Shown here one piece after another: positions 1 to 11,540 of a stretch of 64,000 nt of DNA. The DNA lies in contig JANOSY010000088.1 of NCBI GenBank assembly GCA_031416075.1, positions 9,504 to 73,503 of the forward strand. The letters run 5' to 3'. Below the pieces are notes generated by a model that worked only from the letters and a program-made list of their open reading frames with translations, did no database searches and was not told where the DNA came from. The position numbers were made by a program, and so were the translations under genes. Position 1 is the stretch's first letter. The number at the start of each line of letters is the position of its first letter. Origin of the DNA: Candidatus Tenderia sp. (GTDB lineage Bacteria > Pseudomonadota > Gammaproteobacteria > Tenderiales > Tenderiaceae).

Positions 1-648
1 GCCATGCCGGTGCGCTGCTGCAGCGCCTTCATCAACCGCAAAATTTCCGCCTGCACGGTCACATCCAGCGCGGTGGTGGGTTCATCGGCAATCAGCAGGT
101 CTGGCTCACACGCCATCGCCATGGCAATCATCACCCGCTGCCGCTGGCCGCCCGAAAGGCGGTGTGGATACTCATCGATCCGTTCTGCCGCATTGGGGAT
201 CTGCACCTGCTGTAGCGCCTCTATCGCTCGCTGGCGTGCCTCGTTATGGCTCATCGTTGGGGTGTGCATCTGTAGTGCTTCGATAATCTGATCACCAATG
301 GTGAAGACAGGATTCAATGAGGTCATCGGCTCCTGAAAGATCATGGCGATACGGGCACCACGGATATGGCGACGCCGCTCTTCATCCAGCGTGACCATAT
401 CTACCTGCTCATGTGTCTCATCGTCGTGGCGATATTTGAAAAAGATGTTGCCGGACGGATGTTCACAGACATCTTTAGGCAGCAGCTGAATCACCGACAG
501 CGCCGTGATCGACTTGCCACTGCCCGACTCCCCCACCAGGCAAAACGTCTCGCCACGGTCGATCTCAAAACTGATGCCGTCCACTGCCTTTACCACATCA
601 TCACCGGCGCGCAGATAGGTCTTGAGGTTATCTACCCTCAGCAACATT
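1..648 (-). CDS. Peptide/oligopeptide ABC transporter ATP-binding protein (YejF/DppD-like), 3' end cut by window edge
   Basis: Not in the ORF track because no stop lies in the window. Hand translation of the reverse complement from ATG at 648 gives MLLRVDNLKTYLRAGDDVVKAVDGISFEIDRGETFCLVGESGSGKS (Walker A), then LSGGQRQRVMIAMAMACEPDLLIADEPTTALD (signature and Walker B). It follows two permease genes in the same operon. Confidence 0.9.
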
Positions 649-660
649 GTTTGCCCCTCA

Positions 661-1848
661 TCACTTGGCCGATTTTTTCGTGTAGGGGTCGATGGCGTCA
701 CGCATCGTCTCCCCAATCAAGTTATAGGCAAACACCGTCAGGAAGATTGCACCACCGGGAAAGACCGCCATCCACCAGTTAAAGGTCGCCGACTGCACCG
801 CCTGATTTAACATCTGTCCCCACGACGGATCATCCACCAGACCTAATCCCAGAAAGCTCAGCGTCGCCTCGGCCAGAATCGCCGAGGCGACACCAAAGCT
901 GGTCGCTACCAGAATCGGTGCCATGCCGTTAGGCAGGATGTGGCGAAACAGGATCGAGCGCAGCGGCAGACCACAGGCAACCGCCGCCTGCACAAACTCC
1001 TGTTGCCGCAACTTTAAAAACTCGGCACGCACAAAGCGGGCATAACCGGTCCAGCTGGTAATGCCGATGATGATCATCATCACGTAAAGATTGCGGCCAA
1101 AAAAAGCTACAAATGTGAGCAACAGAAATAGCACCGGTATCGCTTCAAAGATCTCCACCAATCGCATGCCGATCATATCCACCACGCCGGAGAAATAGCC
1201 CATCAACCCCCCAATGATCGTGCCCAGTACCATGGCGATGCCCGTGGCAACAAAACCTATACTCAATGCAATGCGTGAGGCGTGAATCATCCGGCTCAAG
1301 ACATCGGCACCGTTCTCATCCGTACCAAACCAGTGGGTCTGCTCGGTGGCACTCAGGGGGGCCTTAAGGCCGGAGTCCCCTACATCGCGCAGGTAGTCTT
1401 TAGGCGAGTAGGGAATTGGCGCACGGATCAACCACTCATAACTGCCCGCACGCTCCTGCTCCCGGTACTGCTCATAGATATTGAGCTGAGGTGGCGAGAC
1501 AAATGCGTAACAGACCGTGGCAACAGCGCTGCCCAGTAGCAGCGCCAACGCCATCTTTTTACGCACACTGATCTTCACCACGCTGAGCAACAGCACCATA
1601 AAAAACAGTGCCAACAGTGTCACATCCGTGGCGCTCAAACTATGCAGTAACGGGCTGCGGATCTGCGACTGCTCACTCAATAGCAGCGGGTAGCTGCTAG
1701 CAAAAAATGGGGCAAAGACCGAGATAATTACTAACAGCCCGATCCAGGCGATGCCAATACGCGCTCCCCACTGCATCAATACTTCACGCACTACCTGGGC
1801 GGCGTAACTACGCTGCTGACGCGGAATGGCAGTCTCTATCTCACTCAT
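661..1848 (-). CDS. Peptide ABC transporter permease (OppC/DppC/YejE-like)
   Basis: 395-aa ORF with multiple hydrophobic spans and a binding-protein-dependent transport signature region (EAIPVLFLLL...SWTGYARFVRAEFLKLRQQEFVQAA). It overlaps the upstream permease by 8 nt. Confidence 0.9.
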   Translation of the reverse strand: MSEIETAIPRQQRSYAAQVVREVLMQWGARIGIAWIGLLVIISVFAPFFASSYPLLLSEQSQIRSPLLHSLSATDVTLLALFFMVLLLSVVKISVRKKMALALLLGSAVATVCYAFVSPPQLNIYEQYREQERAGSYEWLIRAPIPYSPKDYLRDVGDSGLKAPLSATEQTHWFGTDENGADVLSRMIHASRIALSIGFVATGIAMVLGTIIGGLMGYFSGVVDMIGMRLVEIFEAIPVLFLLLTFVAFFGRNLYVMMIIIGITSWTGYARFVRAEFLKLRQQEFVQAAVACGLPLRSILFRHILPNGMAPILVATSFGVASAILAEATLSFLGLGLVDDPSWGQMLNQAVQSATFNWWMAVFPGGAIFLTVFAYNLIGETMRDAIDPYTKKSAK

Positions 1849-3223
1849 AACTCACCCGTGGATCGGCAATGGCGTAACAGAGATCGGCCAACAGGTAACC
1901 AGCCAACGACAGAAGCGCACCAATCAGTGTGATGGAGAGCACCAGCTCACGGTCACGGCTCTGCACCGCCTCCACCGCCAGCTTGCCCATACCATCGATG
2001 CTGAACAGTACTTCCACAATAATGGAGCCACCCAACAGACTTGGCAACAACCCCGCTGATACCGTGATCAACGGCAACAGACTATTGCGAAAAACATGAC
2101 GCCACAATACCTGCTGCTCCGGCACCCCTTTTGCGCGGGCGGTGCGGGCGTAGTCAGACAACAGATTCTCCAGCACGGAGCTGCGTGTCAACTTGGCAAG
2201 AAAGGCAAAGCCACCATAGGAGAGACAGACCACTGGTAATATAAGATGCCAGAGACGATCAAACAGAAACCCAACCACAAACCCGTTCGACATAAATACA
2301 AACGCAATGCCAATACCGAGGCCCAACCCCACCAGCCCCATCATGCCGGTCCGCAGCGCGTGGTAGTCGCTATAGGCAATCAGGCCACAGATCGCCGCCA
2401 GCAGCGCTATCAATACAACCTGCGTCCACAACGCCGCCTCACCTGGCAGTGCCGCCGCCATGGCAAACCCCAATCCACCACCCAGCAGCGCCATCAGCCC
2501 CATACGTAACCGCTGGCCACCACGCAGACTCAGGCTGACCAGCCCCGCCACGGCAATCACCACCAAAACAAACAGCAACAGCAGATCAACAGCACTGTTC
2601 CAGTGGGGCAGAAACTGCATATCCAACGCCTCGCGCTGACTCAACCCCGCTGTGGGAAACCAGTGCCAATATTGGTCACTAGCAAAAAAGCCGATCATCA
2701 ACACCCCCGCCAACATGGTGGGCACCGACCACAACGCCAACATTGATATCCCGGAGCCTACATCAAACGCCTTGCCACGCTGGGTGGCTGCATGCACACC
2801 TATCACAATGGCCACTATGTATATAAGAGGGATAGAGAGCAGATTCAGTAACAGGGTAATGGGCAAGCGCTCTTCAATCAGATCCAGCACCGGACGACCA
2901 TAACGGAAGCTGGTGCCAAGATCAGAACCTTTGGTAAACGAGAACCCTTCAACATCATTCTCTTCATCAAAGGTAAAGCCAATGGGTGAAACATTGTTCA
3001 GCCAGCGCAGGTACTGCACCGGTGCCGGATCATTCAAACCATACAGGCGGTTGTAGTATTCCTCCATCGCCTTTTTTACTTGCGGCTCAAGGTTCTGCCC
3101 CTCCACCAGGCTCTGGGCGCTGATCCCCCCCGGCGCTGCCGCCATCACCGAAAAGACCACAAGGGTGATGCCGATCAGTGTCGGAAACATCAGCAACAGA
3201 CGGCGGATGATATAGGTATGCAT
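1841..3223 (-). CDS. Peptide ABC transporter permease (OppB/DppB/YejB-like)
   Basis: 460-aa ORF starting MHTYIIRRLLLMFPTLIGITLVVF, typical of OppB-family permeases. C-terminal YARTARAKGVPEQQVLWRHVFRNSLLPLIT motif. Confidence 0.9.
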   Translation of the reverse strand: MHTYIIRRLLLMFPTLIGITLVVFSVMAAAPGGISAQSLVEGQNLEPQVKKAMEEYYNRLYGLNDPAPVQYLRWLNNVSPIGFTFDEENDVEGFSFTKGSDLGTSFRYGRPVLDLIEERLPITLLLNLLSIPLIYIVAIVIGVHAATQRGKAFDVGSGISMLALWSVPTMLAGVLMIGFFASDQYWHWFPTAGLSQREALDMQFLPHWNSAVDLLLLFVLVVIAVAGLVSLSLRGGQRLRMGLMALLGGGLGFAMAAALPGEAALWTQVVLIALLAAICGLIAYSDYHALRTGMMGLVGLGLGIGIAFVFMSNGFVVGFLFDRLWHLILPVVCLSYGGFAFLAKLTRSSVLENLLSDYARTARAKGVPEQQVLWRHVFRNSLLPLITVSAGLLPSLLGGSIIVEVLFSIDGMGKLAVEAVQSRDRELVLSITLIGALLSLAGYLLADLCYAIADPRVSYE

Positions 3224-3237
3224 CGTTATTCAGCCGC

Positions 3238-5091
3238 TTATTGCTTGTACTTCTGCTGACCTTCCGGCACAAAGATCTCTACCGGTACAGCCCCCATATT
3301 CAACCCCAGCTTGGTAATCTGGAGGTTATGGATACGTTTATCGATAAAGACCAGCGACTGACGCCGCATCAAAAAGGTGTAGGGTTGATCCTCATACATA
3401 ATCCGCTCTGCCTGCTGCCAGAGTGGCATACGTTTGGCTTCATCAACCGTGCCGCGGGCCTGATCGATCAACTGATCGAGTGCGCTGTTTTTATAGTGCA
3501 CAAAGTTATCACCCCCCCCCTCGATCTGTTTGCTGTGAAAGATCTGATAGATATCAGTCTCAACACCGCTGGTCCAGCCAAGCGTAATCGCCTCAAAATC
3601 ACGCCTGTTAATCAGATCGAGCATCACCGACCACTCCGTTGGTTTTGGAACCAGCACAATCCCGGCGCGGGCGTACAGATCCTTCAGGAACAACACGATG
3701 CGTTTGGTATCTTCGTTATCCTGAAAAAAGACCAGTTCAAACTCAAACGGTTTGCCTTGTGCATCCTCCAGCACCCCGTCTCTATTACGGTCAGCAAACC
3801 CCGCATCCTTCAACAGCTGCCTGGCCTTTTCAAGATCAAATCCCCGCGCCACCAGTGCCACATCGTGCTGCTTACTACGCGGGCTAAACGGGCTGACCGC
3901 TGCCTCGGCATAACCGAGCATAATCTCATCGTTAATGCGCTTTATGTCAGTCAGATAGGTCATCGCCTGTCGCACCCGTTTATCGGCAAAGCGGGTGGAC
4001 TTGCCACTGCGCTGCTGATTCCAGCCAATGTAACTGTAACCTGCCGTAGGACTCATATACTCAAACTGCTGAGTGCGTGCGCTCAGCCCTTTATCTTCAC
4101 GCAGGGTTTGATACTCACGCGGGCTGGCACCATAGGCATCGATCTCACCATTACGGAAGGTTGTCAGGCGCGCCGCATCATTCTGAATCACCTTCCAGAG
4201 CAGGCGATCAAAGGAAGGTTGTGGCCCCCAGTAACGGGGATTGCGCTGCAGCTCCACCAACCCCTGATCAGGGGTCCAGCCTTTAGGGTCCGCGAGACGG
4301 TATGGTCCCGAACCCAGTAACAGCCCCTTGGACTGATTAAATTTTTCAGGTGTCTTTAAGTACGGCTCATAAAAGTGGCGAGGTAAAATGGAGATTCCAC
4401 CCGCCATGGCAAGGCTGTCGTAATAGGGCTCTTTAAACTGGAATACCACCTCATACTGCCCCGTTGCAGTCACACTGGCGATTTTGTCGTACACCGCCCG
4501 CTCACGTGGTGCTGTAATCTCAGGGGTCTGAATAAAGGCAAAAGTGAAAGCAACATCATCGGCAGTCAGCGCCACGCCATCTGAAAACTTCACATCCTCA
4601 CGTAGCTGAAAGGTAAAGGTCAGCCCATCCTCACTCACCTGCCATGATTTGGCAATCAACCCCAGCCACGCCAACGTTTCAGGGTCACGGGTCAGCAGTG
4701 ACTCTAAAATATACGAGTGCACCTCACTTGCATAAGCATCAGTAGAGACCAACGGTGTAATGGTTTTAAGGCCGGTACCAAACGAGCTGACCAACCAGTC
4801 GCCCCGTTTATAACCAGGCAACTGCTCCGCCTGTCTGCCCCGTTCAAACGCCAGGGCTACACGTGAATCGCCCTGCGCCCCACCCACATCAGCCCGAACA
4901 CGCTGATCAGCTCCATTCAACAGACCACGCAGGGCGTGAATATCCTCCGCCTGCTCACGCAAGATGCTTTGTATACGCGCCATTTCTGCCCACTGCCGAT
5001 CTACCATATACATGGAGAGCAACAGCGTCACAAACAGCAACCCAAGACAGACAAAGAGAGAAAAATCTTTAAACGTAAATCGTTTTTCCAT
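3238..5091 (-). CDS. ABC transporter substrate-binding protein, family 5 (YejA/OppA-like) with N-terminal membrane anchor or signal
   Basis: 617-aa ORF. N-terminal hydrophobic segment FSLFVCLGLLFVTLLLSMYMV, with SBP_bac_5-like content throughout. First gene of the SBP-permease-permease-ATPase operon. Confidence 0.88.
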   Translation of the reverse strand: MEKRFTFKDFSLFVCLGLLFVTLLLSMYMVDRQWAEMARIQSILREQAEDIHALRGLLNGADQRVRADVGGAQGDSRVALAFERGRQAEQLPGYKRGDWLVSSFGTGLKTITPLVSTDAYASEVHSYILESLLTRDPETLAWLGLIAKSWQVSEDGLTFTFQLREDVKFSDGVALTADDVAFTFAFIQTPEITAPRERAVYDKIASVTATGQYEVVFQFKEPYYDSLAMAGGISILPRHFYEPYLKTPEKFNQSKGLLLGSGPYRLADPKGWTPDQGLVELQRNPRYWGPQPSFDRLLWKVIQNDAARLTTFRNGEIDAYGASPREYQTLREDKGLSARTQQFEYMSPTAGYSYIGWNQQRSGKSTRFADKRVRQAMTYLTDIKRINDEIMLGYAEAAVSPFSPRSKQHDVALVARGFDLEKARQLLKDAGFADRNRDGVLEDAQGKPFEFELVFFQDNEDTKRIVLFLKDLYARAGIVLVPKPTEWSVMLDLINRRDFEAITLGWTSGVETDIYQIFHSKQIEGGGDNFVHYKNSALDQLIDQARGTVDEAKRMPLWQQAERIMYEDQPYTFLMRRQSLVFIDKRIHNLQITKLGLNMGAVPVEIFVPEGQQKYKQ

Positions 5092-5328
5092 GAGGCTCTC
5101 TAATATTTAGCAGCGCTATCAACAATCCATTGGATGGCAAGCATCGGGCAGATGCCAACCTGACTCTTCGTCAGGATAGCGGGCTTACCACACAGGAACA
5201 AGAGCATACGCCAGCTAGCCCCTTCCCCTAAAGATTAATTTTCGGTAAGTTATGGCAACAGAGTGGACGTGCCAGATTTAGAATGCCTCCATACGAGGTT
5301 TATCGTCTCCATCAATTCAAGGTGAGCC

Positions 5329-6114
5329 ATGGGATTTCTAAACGGAAAAAAAGCACTCATTGTCGGCTTGGCCAGCCACCGATCCATCGCCTGGGGCATC
5401 GCCCAGGCAATGCACCGCGAAGGTGCCGAGCTGGCCTTTACCTATCAGAATGAAAAGCTGCAATCCCACGTTGAAAAGATGGCCGCTGAACTCGACTCAG
5501 ACATCGCCATTCCCTGCGATATTGGCCACGACAGTGATATCGAAAAGGCTTATGAACACCTGGATGATTATTGGGATCACCTCGACATCATCGTCCACTC
5601 AGTTGCCTACGCCCCACACGAAGCACTTGAAGGGGACTATCTTGACACCGTCACCCGTGATGCCTTCAACACCGCACATGAAATCAGCTCTTACAGTTTT
5701 GCAGCATTGGCAAAAGCGGGACGCAATATGATGGAGGGGCGCAACGGGGCGTTGATCACAATCAGCCACCTCGGTGCCGAACGCACACTGCCCAGCTATA
5801 ACGTCATGGGACTAGCCAAGGCCAGCCTGGAAGCCAACGTCCGCTATATGGCCGCCAGCCTTGGCCCGGATGGCATTCGTGTCAACAGCATCTCCGCTGG
5901 GCCTGTCAAAGCCCTGACCGCCACTGGCATCAGTAATTTTCGCCACATCCTCAACCACGTCGAAAAAAACGCGCCGCTACGGCGTAACATCACTATCGAA
6001 GAGGTTGGCAATACCGCCGCCTTTTTATGCTCTGATCTGGCTTCGGGCATTACCGGAGAGAACATCTATGTAGATGGTGGTTACAACACCATAGGCATGG
6101 GCCTGAACGAATAG
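5329..6114 (+). CDS. fabI: Enoyl-[acyl-carrier-protein] reductase (NADH) FabI
   Basis: 261 aa. [44 protein letters not shown] and a C-terminal [12 protein letters not shown] are classic FabI sequence. Confidence 0.95.
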   Translation: MGFLNGKKALIVGLASHRSIAWGIAQAMHREGAELAFTYQNEKLQSHVEKMAAELDSDIAIPCDIGHDSDIEKAYEHLDDYWDHLDIIVHSVAYAPHEALEGDYLDTVTRDAFNTAHEISSYSFAALAKAGRNMMEGRNGALITISHLGAERTLPSYNVMGLAKASLEANVRYMAASLGPDGIRVNSISAGPVKALTATGISNFRHILNHVEKNAPLRRNITIEEVGNTAAFLCSDLASGITGENIYVDGGYNTIGMGLNE

Positions 6115-6140
6115 ACTCTCGTCTGCTACTTATGTAAATA

Positions 6141-6177
6141 AAAAAGGGGCGGGCCATCACTGGCCCGCCCCTTTTTT
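6141..6177. terminator. Bidirectional Rho-independent terminator between convergent fabI and ppiD
   Basis: AAAAA-GGGGCGGGCCA-tcac-TGGCCCGCCCC-TTTTTT. An 11-bp GC stem is flanked by an A-run and a T-run. Confidence 0.8.
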
Positions 6178-6235
6178 ACCTGTGCCTTACACAATCAACC
6201 ATGCCAGCCGCTTTATTCCGACATGGCCAGATTGG

Positions 6236-8134
6236 TTAAAGGTTCTCTGGGTACTCTCTAATCTCAGCAACACTACGCAATCCCTTCACCACCCCTTCCA
6301 AGTGGCTAAAGCCATAGTAACGTTCACGATTCACGGCCACACTCTTGGCCTGTTCATCATTCACATCAACCGCCCCATCATTCACAGCAAAAAGCGCCAC
6401 TACCGCATAGTCACCAGACGGCAATACAACGCCACCGAAACTACGACTCTCTTGTGCAGGTGCTTTCATACGGAACACCTTAGTAATCACATCATGATCA
6501 GCAGCTGTTGAAGAGCGCTTTACCAAACCAAGATACTGCCAGTCCAAACCCTTCTGTTTAGCCAACGTTTCAACATCAGAATCAGCCTTCAGCAACTGCA
6601 GCAGAGCCTGCCCCTCTTCCTTCGCCTTGGCTTCGGCGCGCTGGCCTTTCAACTGCGCCACCACCTCACTCTGCACCTCCTCAAAAGGCCTCACAGTGGA
6701 TTCCAAATGTTCCTTAACACGCAATACAATCAGGTGGCCACTACTAATCTCCTTAACTTCACTGTTGTTTCCCTGAAACAACACCTCATCAGAAAAAGCA
6801 GTTTTACGAATATCAGGATTACTAGCCAACCCCATCCCCTGATCACGCACAAACAGTGGTGTCACATTAATTTTCAATCCCAACTGTTGGGCGGCTGGCT
6901 CCAGCGAATCCGGATTTTCAAACGTTATGTTCGCCAACATCTCACGTTGCTCAAAGAAGATCGCTTCAGCCTGCTTATGACGGTAATCCTGCACTAACTG
7001 AGTTCTCATCTCAGCAAAAGAGCGGACCTGACCACGCTTGATCTCGCTAAGCTTAATAATATGGTATCCGTATGCGCTCTTTACAGGCTTGCTAACCTCA
7101 CCTTGTTTAAGTGCAAACGCCGCATCAGCAAAAGCTGGGTCTAACATGGCATCACGACTTAAAAACCCCAGATCCCCACCATCTTTGGCAGAACCGGTAT
7201 CGGCAGAATCCTTACGTGCCAGCTCCTCAAATGAAGCACCACCCGCAAGCTGCTCAAACAGTGCATCGGCCTTCGCCTTGGCAACATCCCCATCGGCAGA
7301 AGATTCAATCAAAATATGGCTAACATGACGCTCCTCAGCCGTACCAAAATCACCTTGATGCTCCTGATACATCTCCTGCAGAGCAGCCTCATCAACCTGC
7401 ACCTTCTCCATCAATGCGTCCAGCGACAGCTCCAGATACTGAATACTCACCTGCTCAGTGGTTGCATAACGCTGCTTATCGCCCTCATAGTGGCTACGCG
7501 CATCCGCGTCAGCGACCTCAATGCCAGCTACAAAAGCCTGTGCAGAAATCTTCACCACCCCTACATCACGCTGCTGTTCAAGTTTCTGAAAAATGGCCTG
7601 CCGCTCCTTCCCAGTCACCCAGGCTGTACCCGCAATCCCCATGCGATATTGCTGAACAATCACATCACGACGCAACATTGCCTCAAAATCTGCTGCGCTC
7701 ATTCTATTTTGCTGTAGCCACTGCTGATAAAGTGCCGCATCAAACTGGCCATTGGTATGAAACGCTTCAATAGCACGAATCTGCTGCGCCAACTGGACAT
7801 TACTGACAGAAAAACCATCCTTCTTGGCAATCTGCAAAACCAGCTCCTCCTCTTCCATCCCCTTCAGGATATTAGATTTGAATTGAGACTCATCAGGAAT
7901 AACCTTGCTAATATCGGTGCCCCCCAACATCGATTGCAGCCGCGCGCGCTGCCGCTGATACTCCATCTGAAATTGGTTCGCCGTGATTTTTTCACCATTC
8001 ACATTGGCGACTGCAACCTCTACATCAGGCCTGAAATATGAATCCCAAGCAAACGAAGCAAGGCCCAGGATCAACATTCCGATGATGACCATCACGATCC
8101 AGCCTTGCGCTCTGTCCCTAATCAACTGCAGCAT
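6236..8134 (-). CDS. ppiD: Periplasmic chaperone / peptidyl-prolyl isomerase PpiD
   Basis: 632 aa. N-terminus MLQLIRDRAQGWIVMVIIGMLILGLASF (membrane anchor) and a parvulin-like segment HILIES...GGDLGF...GYHIIKL. It sits after hupB as in E. coli. Confidence 0.9.
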   Translation of the reverse strand: MLQLIRDRAQGWIVMVIIGMLILGLASFAWDSYFRPDVEVAVANVNGEKITANQFQMEYQRQRARLQSMLGGTDISKVIPDESQFKSNILKGMEEEELVLQIAKKDGFSVSNVQLAQQIRAIEAFHTNGQFDAALYQQWLQQNRMSAADFEAMLRRDVIVQQYRMGIAGTAWVTGKERQAIFQKLEQQRDVGVVKISAQAFVAGIEVADADARSHYEGDKQRYATTEQVSIQYLELSLDALMEKVQVDEAALQEMYQEHQGDFGTAEERHVSHILIESSADGDVAKAKADALFEQLAGGASFEELARKDSADTGSAKDGGDLGFLSRDAMLDPAFADAAFALKQGEVSKPVKSAYGYHIIKLSEIKRGQVRSFAEMRTQLVQDYRHKQAEAIFFEQREMLANITFENPDSLEPAAQQLGLKINVTPLFVRDQGMGLASNPDIRKTAFSDEVLFQGNNSEVKEISSGHLIVLRVKEHLESTVRPFEEVQSEVVAQLKGQRAEAKAKEEGQALLQLLKADSDVETLAKQKGLDWQYLGLVKRSSTAADHDVITKVFRMKAPAQESRSFGGVVLPSGDYAVVALFAVNDGAVDVNDEQAKSVAVNRERYYGFSHLEGVVKGLRSVAEIREYPENL

Positions 8135-8184
8135 GGTTTAACTTTTCCGTTGAAATTATCGTGCGTGTGATTTTAGCCCATAAA

Positions 8185-8218
8185 CAAAAAAGGCGCAGGC
8201 TGTATTAGCGCTGCGCCT
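8185..8218 (-). terminator. Rho-independent terminator after tRNA-Val/tRNA-Asp
   Basis: The minus strand reads GGCGCAG-loop-CTGCGCC followed by TTTTTTG. Confidence 0.55.
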
Positions 8219-8230
8219 CTCATATTTTGT

Positions 8231-8307
8231 TGGCGGAGTGGACGGGACTCGAACCCGCGACCCCCGGCGTGACAGGCCGGTATTCTAACCAACTGAACTA
8301 CCACTCC
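8231..8307 (-). tRNA. tRNA-Asp (anticodon GTC)
   Basis: The reverse complement GGAGTGGTAGTTCAGTTGGTTAGAATACCGGCCTGTCACGCCGGGGGTCGCGGGTTCGAGTCCCGTCCACTCCGCCA folds as a cloverleaf. Anticodon loop is CTGTCAC. Near-identical to E. coli tRNA-Asp. Confidence 0.93.
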
Positions 8308-8324
8308 AAACATCTAACTAAAAA

Positions 8325-8400
8325 TGGTGGGTGCTGACGGGATCGAACCGCCGACATTCGCCTTGTAAGGGCGACGCTCTCCCAGCTGAGCTAAGCACCC
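8325..8400 (-). tRNA. tRNA-Val (anticodon TAC)
   Basis: Reverse complement GGGTGCTTAGCTCAGCTGGGAGAGCGTCGCCCTTACAAGGCGAATGTCGGCGGTTCGATCCCGTCAGCACCCACCA. Anticodon loop is CTTACAA. Confidence 0.93.
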
Positions 8401-8411
8401 TGAAAGCGCGG

Positions 8412-8684
8412 CTAGTTTACGGCATCCTTGAGGGCTTTACCAGCCTTAAATGCAGGAACTTTTGCTGCCGCAATACTAATCGTTGCACCTGTCTGAGGAT
8501 TACGGCCATTACGTGCAGCACGCTCACGCACAGTGAATGTACCAAAACCAACCAAGGCAACATCATTCTGCTGTTTAAGTGCTTCTGTGATAGAAGAAAC
8601 CACTGCGTCCACGGCACGGCCTGCATCTGCTTTAGTCATGTCAGCACGCTCTGCAACAGCTTCAATCAACTCTGCTTTATTCAC
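8412..8684 (-). CDS. hupB: DNA-binding protein HU-beta
   Basis: 90 aa. [38 protein letters not shown]...[21 protein letters not shown], a canonical HU sequence. Confidence 0.95.
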   Translation of the reverse strand: MNKAELIEAVAERADMTKADAGRAVDAVVSSITEALKQQNDVALVGFGTFTVRERAARNGRNPQTGATISIAAAKVPAFKAGKALKDAVN

Positions 8685-8927
8685 TCGAAAACTCCTCTAA
8701 TTCTTCTATCCAATTGTCTGCTTGGTTCATAGCAAGCATAACTTCAAATAAACAATAACCCTAACGGTAACCACCGCACACCTACCAGACGCACCCGCGA
8801 ACTTCTTACCGAAGAAAGAGCTGCAGCGATACAACTTATTATTATGTGCCAGCCATTATTTTACGGCCATCTAAGACAGGGCAAAATTTATACATTTCCC
8901 CCTCCTTAATGTCAAGAAAAACCACGC

Positions 8928-11375
8928 CTAATGGTGCGGTACCCGCTCCGATTTAACCCGCTTTTTCTTTGTCGTAACAAGCTTATCCTCGTCAACATCA
9001 GCCACAACGCTAACATCAGGCATATGCTGTAACGCCACTTGCAACACCTCATCAAACCATCTAACCGGCTTAATTTCCAACTGATCCTTAATATTTTTGG
9101 GTATCTCCTCAAGGTCGCGTTCATTCTCTTTTGGTATCAACACAACCTTAATTCCACCACGATGCGCAGCCAACAGCTTCTCCTTCAAGCCGCCAATCGG
9201 TAAAACCTCACCACGCAGTGTGATCTCACCCGTCATCGCTACATCCGCCCGCACCGGGATCCTCGTCAATGCCGAAACCAGCGCCGTACACATCCCAATA
9301 CCAGCACTCGGCCCATCCTTGGGTATACCACCTTCAGGAACGTGTATATGAAGGTCCTGCTTCTGGTAAAAATCGATCTCGATACCCAATGACTGGGCAC
9401 GGCTCCGCACAACAGTCATGGCCGCTTGCACCGACTCCTGCATAACGTCACCCAACTGTCCCGTGATGGTTAGCTTACCTTTACCCGGCACCGGTACTGC
9501 CTCGATAGTTAACAACTCACCACCTACCTCAGTCCAGGCCAAGCCCGTCACCTGACCAATCTGGTCGCTCTCTTCAGCCTTACCATAACGGAACCTCTTC
9601 ACACCTAGATATTTATCCAGATTAGCGGGAGTCACCTTAATACAAGCAGCTTTAGTTTTACCACCTTTGTTTAACAGCAGGGCCTTTACTACCTTGCGGC
9701 AGATTTTGGAAATTTCACGCTCCAGACTGCGAACCCCCGCCTCACGACTGTAGTAACGCACAATATCGCGAACCGCCGCTTCAGAAATATCGATTTCTCC
9801 CGGCTTAAGACCATTTGCATCAATTTGTTTTGGCATTAAATATCGCAATGCAATATTAATCTTTTCGGCTTCGGTATAACCAGAAAGCCTGATTACTTCC
9901 ATCCGGTCCAATAACGGCCCAGGAATATTTAAACTATTTGCAGTAGCCACGAACATGACATCGGACAGATCATAATCAACCTCAAGATAGTGATCATTAA
10001 AGGTGTGATTCTGCTCTGGATCTAACACTTCCAACATCGCAGACGAGGGATCCCCGCGAAAATCCATCGCCATTTTGTCCACTTCATCCAACAGAAAAAG
10101 CGGGTTACGCACCCCCACCTTCGCCATATTTTGGACTATCTTACCTGGCATAGAGCCAATATAAGTCCGACGATGCCCGCGAATCTCTGCTTCGTCACGC
10201 ACACCACCCAGCGCCATCCGGACAAACTGCCGCCCTGTGGCACGAGCAATAGAACGCCCTAATGATGTTTTACCTACACCAGGCGGCCCAACCAGGCAGA
10301 GCACCGGCCCTTTTAATTTGCTGACACGCTGCTGAACCGCGAGGTACTCGAGAATACGCTCTTTAACTTTTTCCAGACCGTAATGATCCTCTTCCAGAAT
10401 TGCCTCCGCATTGGCCAAATCACCACGGATTTTGCTGCGTTTCTTCCACGGAACACTCACCATCCAGTCAATATAATTACGCACCACTGTCGCTTCAGCA
10501 GACATTGGTGACATCATTTTTAGCTTATTCAACTCGGCCTTGGCTTTAGTCTTGGCCTCTTTTGACATGCCTGCTTTTTCGATCTTGGCGGAATATTCCT
10601 CAATCTCATTTGGAACATCATCCATATCGCCAAGCTCTTTCTGAATAGCCTTCATCTGCTCATTCAGATAGTACTCGCGCTGGCTCTTCTCCATTTGCCG
10701 TTTAACACGGCCACGAATCCGTTTTTCAACTTGCAGTAAATCGATCTCCGATTCAAGTAGCCCCATCATCTTTTCGATACGTTCACGAACACTCACCTGC
10801 TCTAATACACTCTGCTTCTCATCAATTTTGAGCGTCATATGTGCAGCAATGGTATCCACCAAGCGGCCACCATCTTCAATACCAGAGAGGGATGAAAGTA
10901 TTTCGGGGGGGATTTTATTGTTTAATTTAACGTATTGATCAAACTGATTCAGCAGTGAACGAACCAAAACCTCAGACTCACGCTCATCGAGCATCTCACA
11001 CGCCAGGCTTTCGACATGCGCGGTAAAATAGCCATCCTGGTCCACGTAGTCACGGATGGTGGCGCGGCCAAGTCCTTCCACCAACACTTTAATCGTGCCG
11101 TCAGGCAGTTTAAGCAGCTGCAAAATAGTCGCCAGCGTACCTATGGAGTAGATATCGTCGGGCTGTGGATCGTCCTGAGAGGCGCTACGCTGAGCGACCA
11201 ATAAAATCTGTTTCTCACCCTCCATAGCCGCTTCAAGCGCCTTAATGGACTTTTCACGACCAACAAACAAGGGAATCACCATATGCGGATAAACCACTAC
11301 ATCACGCAATGGCAACACAGGCATCATTTTGCTGATACTTATTGAAGAACTACTGTCCTGGTCACTCTTTTCCAT
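8928..11375 (-). CDS. lon: ATP-dependent Lon protease
   Basis: 815 aa. [24 protein letters not shown], Walker [10 protein letters not shown], and the catalytic-site region PKDGPSAGI. Confidence 0.97.
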   Translation of the reverse strand: MEKSDQDSSSSISISKMMPVLPLRDVVVYPHMVIPLFVGREKSIKALEAAMEGEKQILLVAQRSASQDDPQPDDIYSIGTLATILQLLKLPDGTIKVLVEGLGRATIRDYVDQDGYFTAHVESLACEMLDERESEVLVRSLLNQFDQYVKLNNKIPPEILSSLSGIEDGGRLVDTIAAHMTLKIDEKQSVLEQVSVRERIEKMMGLLESEIDLLQVEKRIRGRVKRQMEKSQREYYLNEQMKAIQKELGDMDDVPNEIEEYSAKIEKAGMSKEAKTKAKAELNKLKMMSPMSAEATVVRNYIDWMVSVPWKKRSKIRGDLANAEAILEEDHYGLEKVKERILEYLAVQQRVSKLKGPVLCLVGPPGVGKTSLGRSIARATGRQFVRMALGGVRDEAEIRGHRRTYIGSMPGKIVQNMAKVGVRNPLFLLDEVDKMAMDFRGDPSSAMLEVLDPEQNHTFNDHYLEVDYDLSDVMFVATANSLNIPGPLLDRMEVIRLSGYTEAEKINIALRYLMPKQIDANGLKPGEIDISEAAVRDIVRYYSREAGVRSLEREISKICRKVVKALLLNKGGKTKAACIKVTPANLDKYLGVKRFRYGKAEESDQIGQVTGLAWTEVGGELLTIEAVPVPGKGKLTITGQLGDVMQESVQAAMTVVRSRAQSLGIEIDFYQKQDLHIHVPEGGIPKDGPSAGIGMCTALVSALTRIPVRADVAMTGEITLRGEVLPIGGLKEKLLAAHRGGIKVVLIPKENERDLEEIPKNIKDQLEIKPVRWFDEVLQVALQHMPDVSVVADVDEDKLVTTKKKRVKSERVPHH

Positions 11376-11454
11376 ACCAAAACCTCTTTATTACAACGCA
11401 CCCCACCACAAAACACAGATGCATCAATGGAAAATGTACATTCAAAACCGGACG

Positions 11455-11506
11455 AGACAAAACAGAGACCGGCCCACCCTTCGCGTCATAAAGGGTAAAT
11501 TGGGCC
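11455..11506 (-). terminator. Probable terminator or attenuator hairpin between clpX and lon
   Basis: The minus strand reads GGCCCA-attt-ACCCTT tatgacgcg AAGGGTGGGCC followed by the T-rich tail ggtctctgttttg. Confidence 0.45.
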
Positions 11507-11540
11507 TTTAATGATAAATATCAAGTTCGTTTACAAAAAA

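Noticed and set aside
4-810. Plus-strand ORFs 4..291, 366..782 and 622..810
   Set aside because: They are antisense to the ABC ATPase gene (Walker A, signature and Walker B are read on the minus strand) and to the permease 3' end.
3241-4320. 359-aa plus-strand ORF
   Set aside because: It is antisense to the substrate-binding protein gene and has no recognisable motifs.
11416-11447. Possible sigma-32 promoter for lon (minus strand TTGAAT ... GATGCATCT)
   Set aside because: There is a good -35-like TTGAA, but the -10 match (GCATCT against CCCCATNT) and the spacing are ambiguous. It is not strong enough to list as a feature.
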